Shown here piece by piece: positions 22,527-24,000 of a stretch of DNA of 24,000 nt. Source of the stretch: an uncultured Candidatus Saccharibacteria bacterium (GTDB lineage Bacteria; Patescibacteriota; Saccharimonadia; Saccharimonadales; 2-12-FULL-41-12); the NCBI GenBank assembly GCA_964540445.1, contig CAZIMF010000006.1:1-24000 (forward strand), in the 5' to 3' direction. The notes under the pieces are model-generated. The model did not search any database. It was not told where the DNA came from and saw only the letters and a program-made list of their open reading frames with translations. The translations under genes were made by a program, and so were the position numbers. Each line of letters starts with the position of its first letter. The first letter of the stretch is position 1.

Positions 22527-24000
22527 TTACCTATCGTCTGGCTTGACGAACTGATTTTTTCTCGTTGATAACGGCTCTCTGGGTAATGTGATTATGAACT
22601 CGGTTCCTTTCCGGTATTTAGAATGAACAGCAATAGTCCCCTGGTGGAGCTCGATTACTTTTTGCACCCAATATAGGCCCAGACCTGTACCACCGGCAGT
22701 GGTGGATAGCGGATTCTCGATTCTGGAAAATTTCTTAAATAGTTTTGGCATATCTTTTTTGTAAATGCCAATACCCTCATCTTTAATAGATATTTTTAGC
22801 GATCGGCGAGTCAGAGTTATTGTTATTCGGATGATTGTATTTGGAGATGAATATTTATGGGCATTATCAATCAGATTTTCAAATACCATTCTCATTCGTA
22901 AGCGATCTACGTTAGCACTGTTGCTTACTAGAGACGTCTTTAATAATACGGTCTGGTCATGATCTTCAAATTTATTGTCTTGTTCTTCGTTAACTTCTTT
23001 TATCAGCTTAGCTATGTCGGTCGGCTCTAATCTTAGTCGTATCTCATCCGCATCAGCTTGGGCAACTCGAAGTAAATCATTAACAATCATTAGCTGCCGC
23101 TCATTACTATGATATGCGGTGTTAATCATACGTAATTGACTGGGAGCGAGTGTTCCTGCATAGCCTTCGCGCAACATGCCTAGGTACTGCTTAACAGCAG
23201 TAGCGGGCGTTCGTAACTGGTGCGAAGCAATCGAAATGAACTCGTCTTTAGCCTTGTTTAGGGCTAATAGTTGTCGTTGCTCCGATATATCAAGCATGAA
23301 CGTTATACACCGGTCACCCGATCCGGGTATCATTACCGCCCCAGCTAATACTGGAACAATAGTCTGATCTTTGTGTTGGTACTCAGTCTCCATAGGATCA
23401 ACTTCGCCTTTTTTGCGTAACATCTGATAAAAACCTGAGATTATCCCCTTGGATTTTGATGGTGTAATCATGTGGGTGTAGAATCCTTTTTGCAGATCTT
23501 TTTTGGTATAACCAAACATGGTTAAGAAGCGCTCATTAGCCTCGTGCACTTTACCATCGAGAGTAATGACGGCAACACCGATGATACTGGACTCAAAAAG
23601 TGCGCTAAACATGCGCTCGCTACTTGCCAACTCCCGTTCAATCTCTTTGCGCTCAGTGATGTCGACAATTACCCCGGGGAGGCGGACCGGATTACCGGCT
23701 GAATCATCTTCTACTCGGCCGCGAATAATTACCCACTTTGTGGATCCATCACGAGTTATGGTGCGGCACTCAATTTCCAATAATTTCGTTTTTTTAACAG
23801 TCTGTTGAATTTTTTTAATGACATCTGCTCGATCATCTGGGTGAATGGAATCAGTGAAGTCTGAAAATGGCATGCCGCTCACGGCTTCGTCATGATCTAT
23901 CCCAAAACGATAGGCTAAGTTTTGATCGGCAATTACTTTGTTTTCGGGAATGTCCCACATCCAGATACCGATTGAACCAGTAGACAGGGCAGTATGGAGT
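22527..24000 (-). CDS. Cytoplasmic PAS-PAS histidine kinase; the N-terminus lies outside the window
   Basis: The reading frame stays open upstream of the track Met to the window edge (..LHTALSTGSIGIW-MWDI), so the gene is truncated by the window. Two PAS-like modules, H-box SHQLRTPATAVKQYL, and HATPase_c boxes (NLIDNAHKY, DEGIGI, GGTGLGL). Confidence 0.85.
   Translation of the reverse strand, partial: LHTALSTGSIGIWMWDIPENKVIADQNLAYRFGIDHDEAVSGMPFSDFTDSIHPDDRADVIKKIQQTVKKTKLLEIECRTITRDGSTKWVIIRGRVEDDSAGNPVRLPGVIVDITERKEIERELASSERMFSALFESSIIGVAVITLDGKVHEANERFLTMFGYTKKDLQKGFYTHMITPSKSKGIISGFYQMLRKKGEVDPMETEYQHKDQTIVPVLAGAVMIPGSGDRCITFMLDISEQRQLLALNKAKDEFISIASHQLRTPATAVKQYLGMLREGYAGTLAPSQLRMINTAYHSNERQLMIVNDLLRVAQADADEIRLRLEPTDIAKLIKEVNEEQDNKFEDHDQTVLLKTSLVSNSANVDRLRMRMVFENLIDNAHKYSSPNTIIRITITLTRRSLKISIKDEGIGIYKKDMPKLFKKFSRIENPLSTTAGGTGLGLYWVQKVIELHQGTIAVHSKYRKGTEFIITLPREPLSTRKNQFVKPDDR

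Overview
All family calls below come from reading motifs in the translated ORFs; no database search was run. The window is a compact, roughly 90% coding chromosomal segment of about 43-45% GC. It has no transposase, integrase, CRISPR array or recognisable defence genes. The gene content suggests an uncultivated small-genome bacterium of the CPR/Patescibacteria (Saccharibacteria-like) type, but that is an inference.

Recognisable content:
- Housekeeping genes: pyrH, xth, pip, tgt, rlmH, a Nudix hydrolase, the 3' part of tRNA-Leu(CAA), and tRNA-Ser(GGA).
- Transport genes: a MacB-type ABC ATPase plus FtsX permease, and a 951-aa RND permease.
- Signalling genes: a CHASE-type histidine kinase, a receiver-only response regulator, a PAS histidine kinase truncated by the window edge, and a Crp/Fnr regulator.
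- Membrane-lipid genes: cfa, a CarS-like CDP-lipid synthase, a CDP-alcohol phosphatidyltransferase and a PLD/HKD enzyme.
- Envelope or secreted proteins: an Rpf-like transglycosylase, a class-A beta-lactamase-like serine hydrolase, and two paralogous Asn/Gly/Thr-rich 'TGPGSxN' repeat proteins.

Observations most worth follow-up:
1. Two ~90-nt nested-hairpin elements bracket a DUF1653 gene. They share a three-helix architecture and a loop motif, but differ by compensatory substitutions.
2. About a dozen genes have a -10 box 6-9 nt upstream of the ATG and no Shine-Dalgarno sequence, which suggests leaderless mRNAs. The secreted-protein and RND genes have strong SD sequences instead.
3. An archaeal-type CarS-like gene is divergently paired with a CDP-alcohol phosphatidyltransferase, next to a PLD-family gene.
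4. The secreted repeat-protein family looks like a candidate beta-solenoid or amyloid-like surface protein.
5. The TGT has non-canonical substrate-pocket motifs.
6. Two old paralogous kinases have an identical H-box, and only one single-domain response regulator is present.
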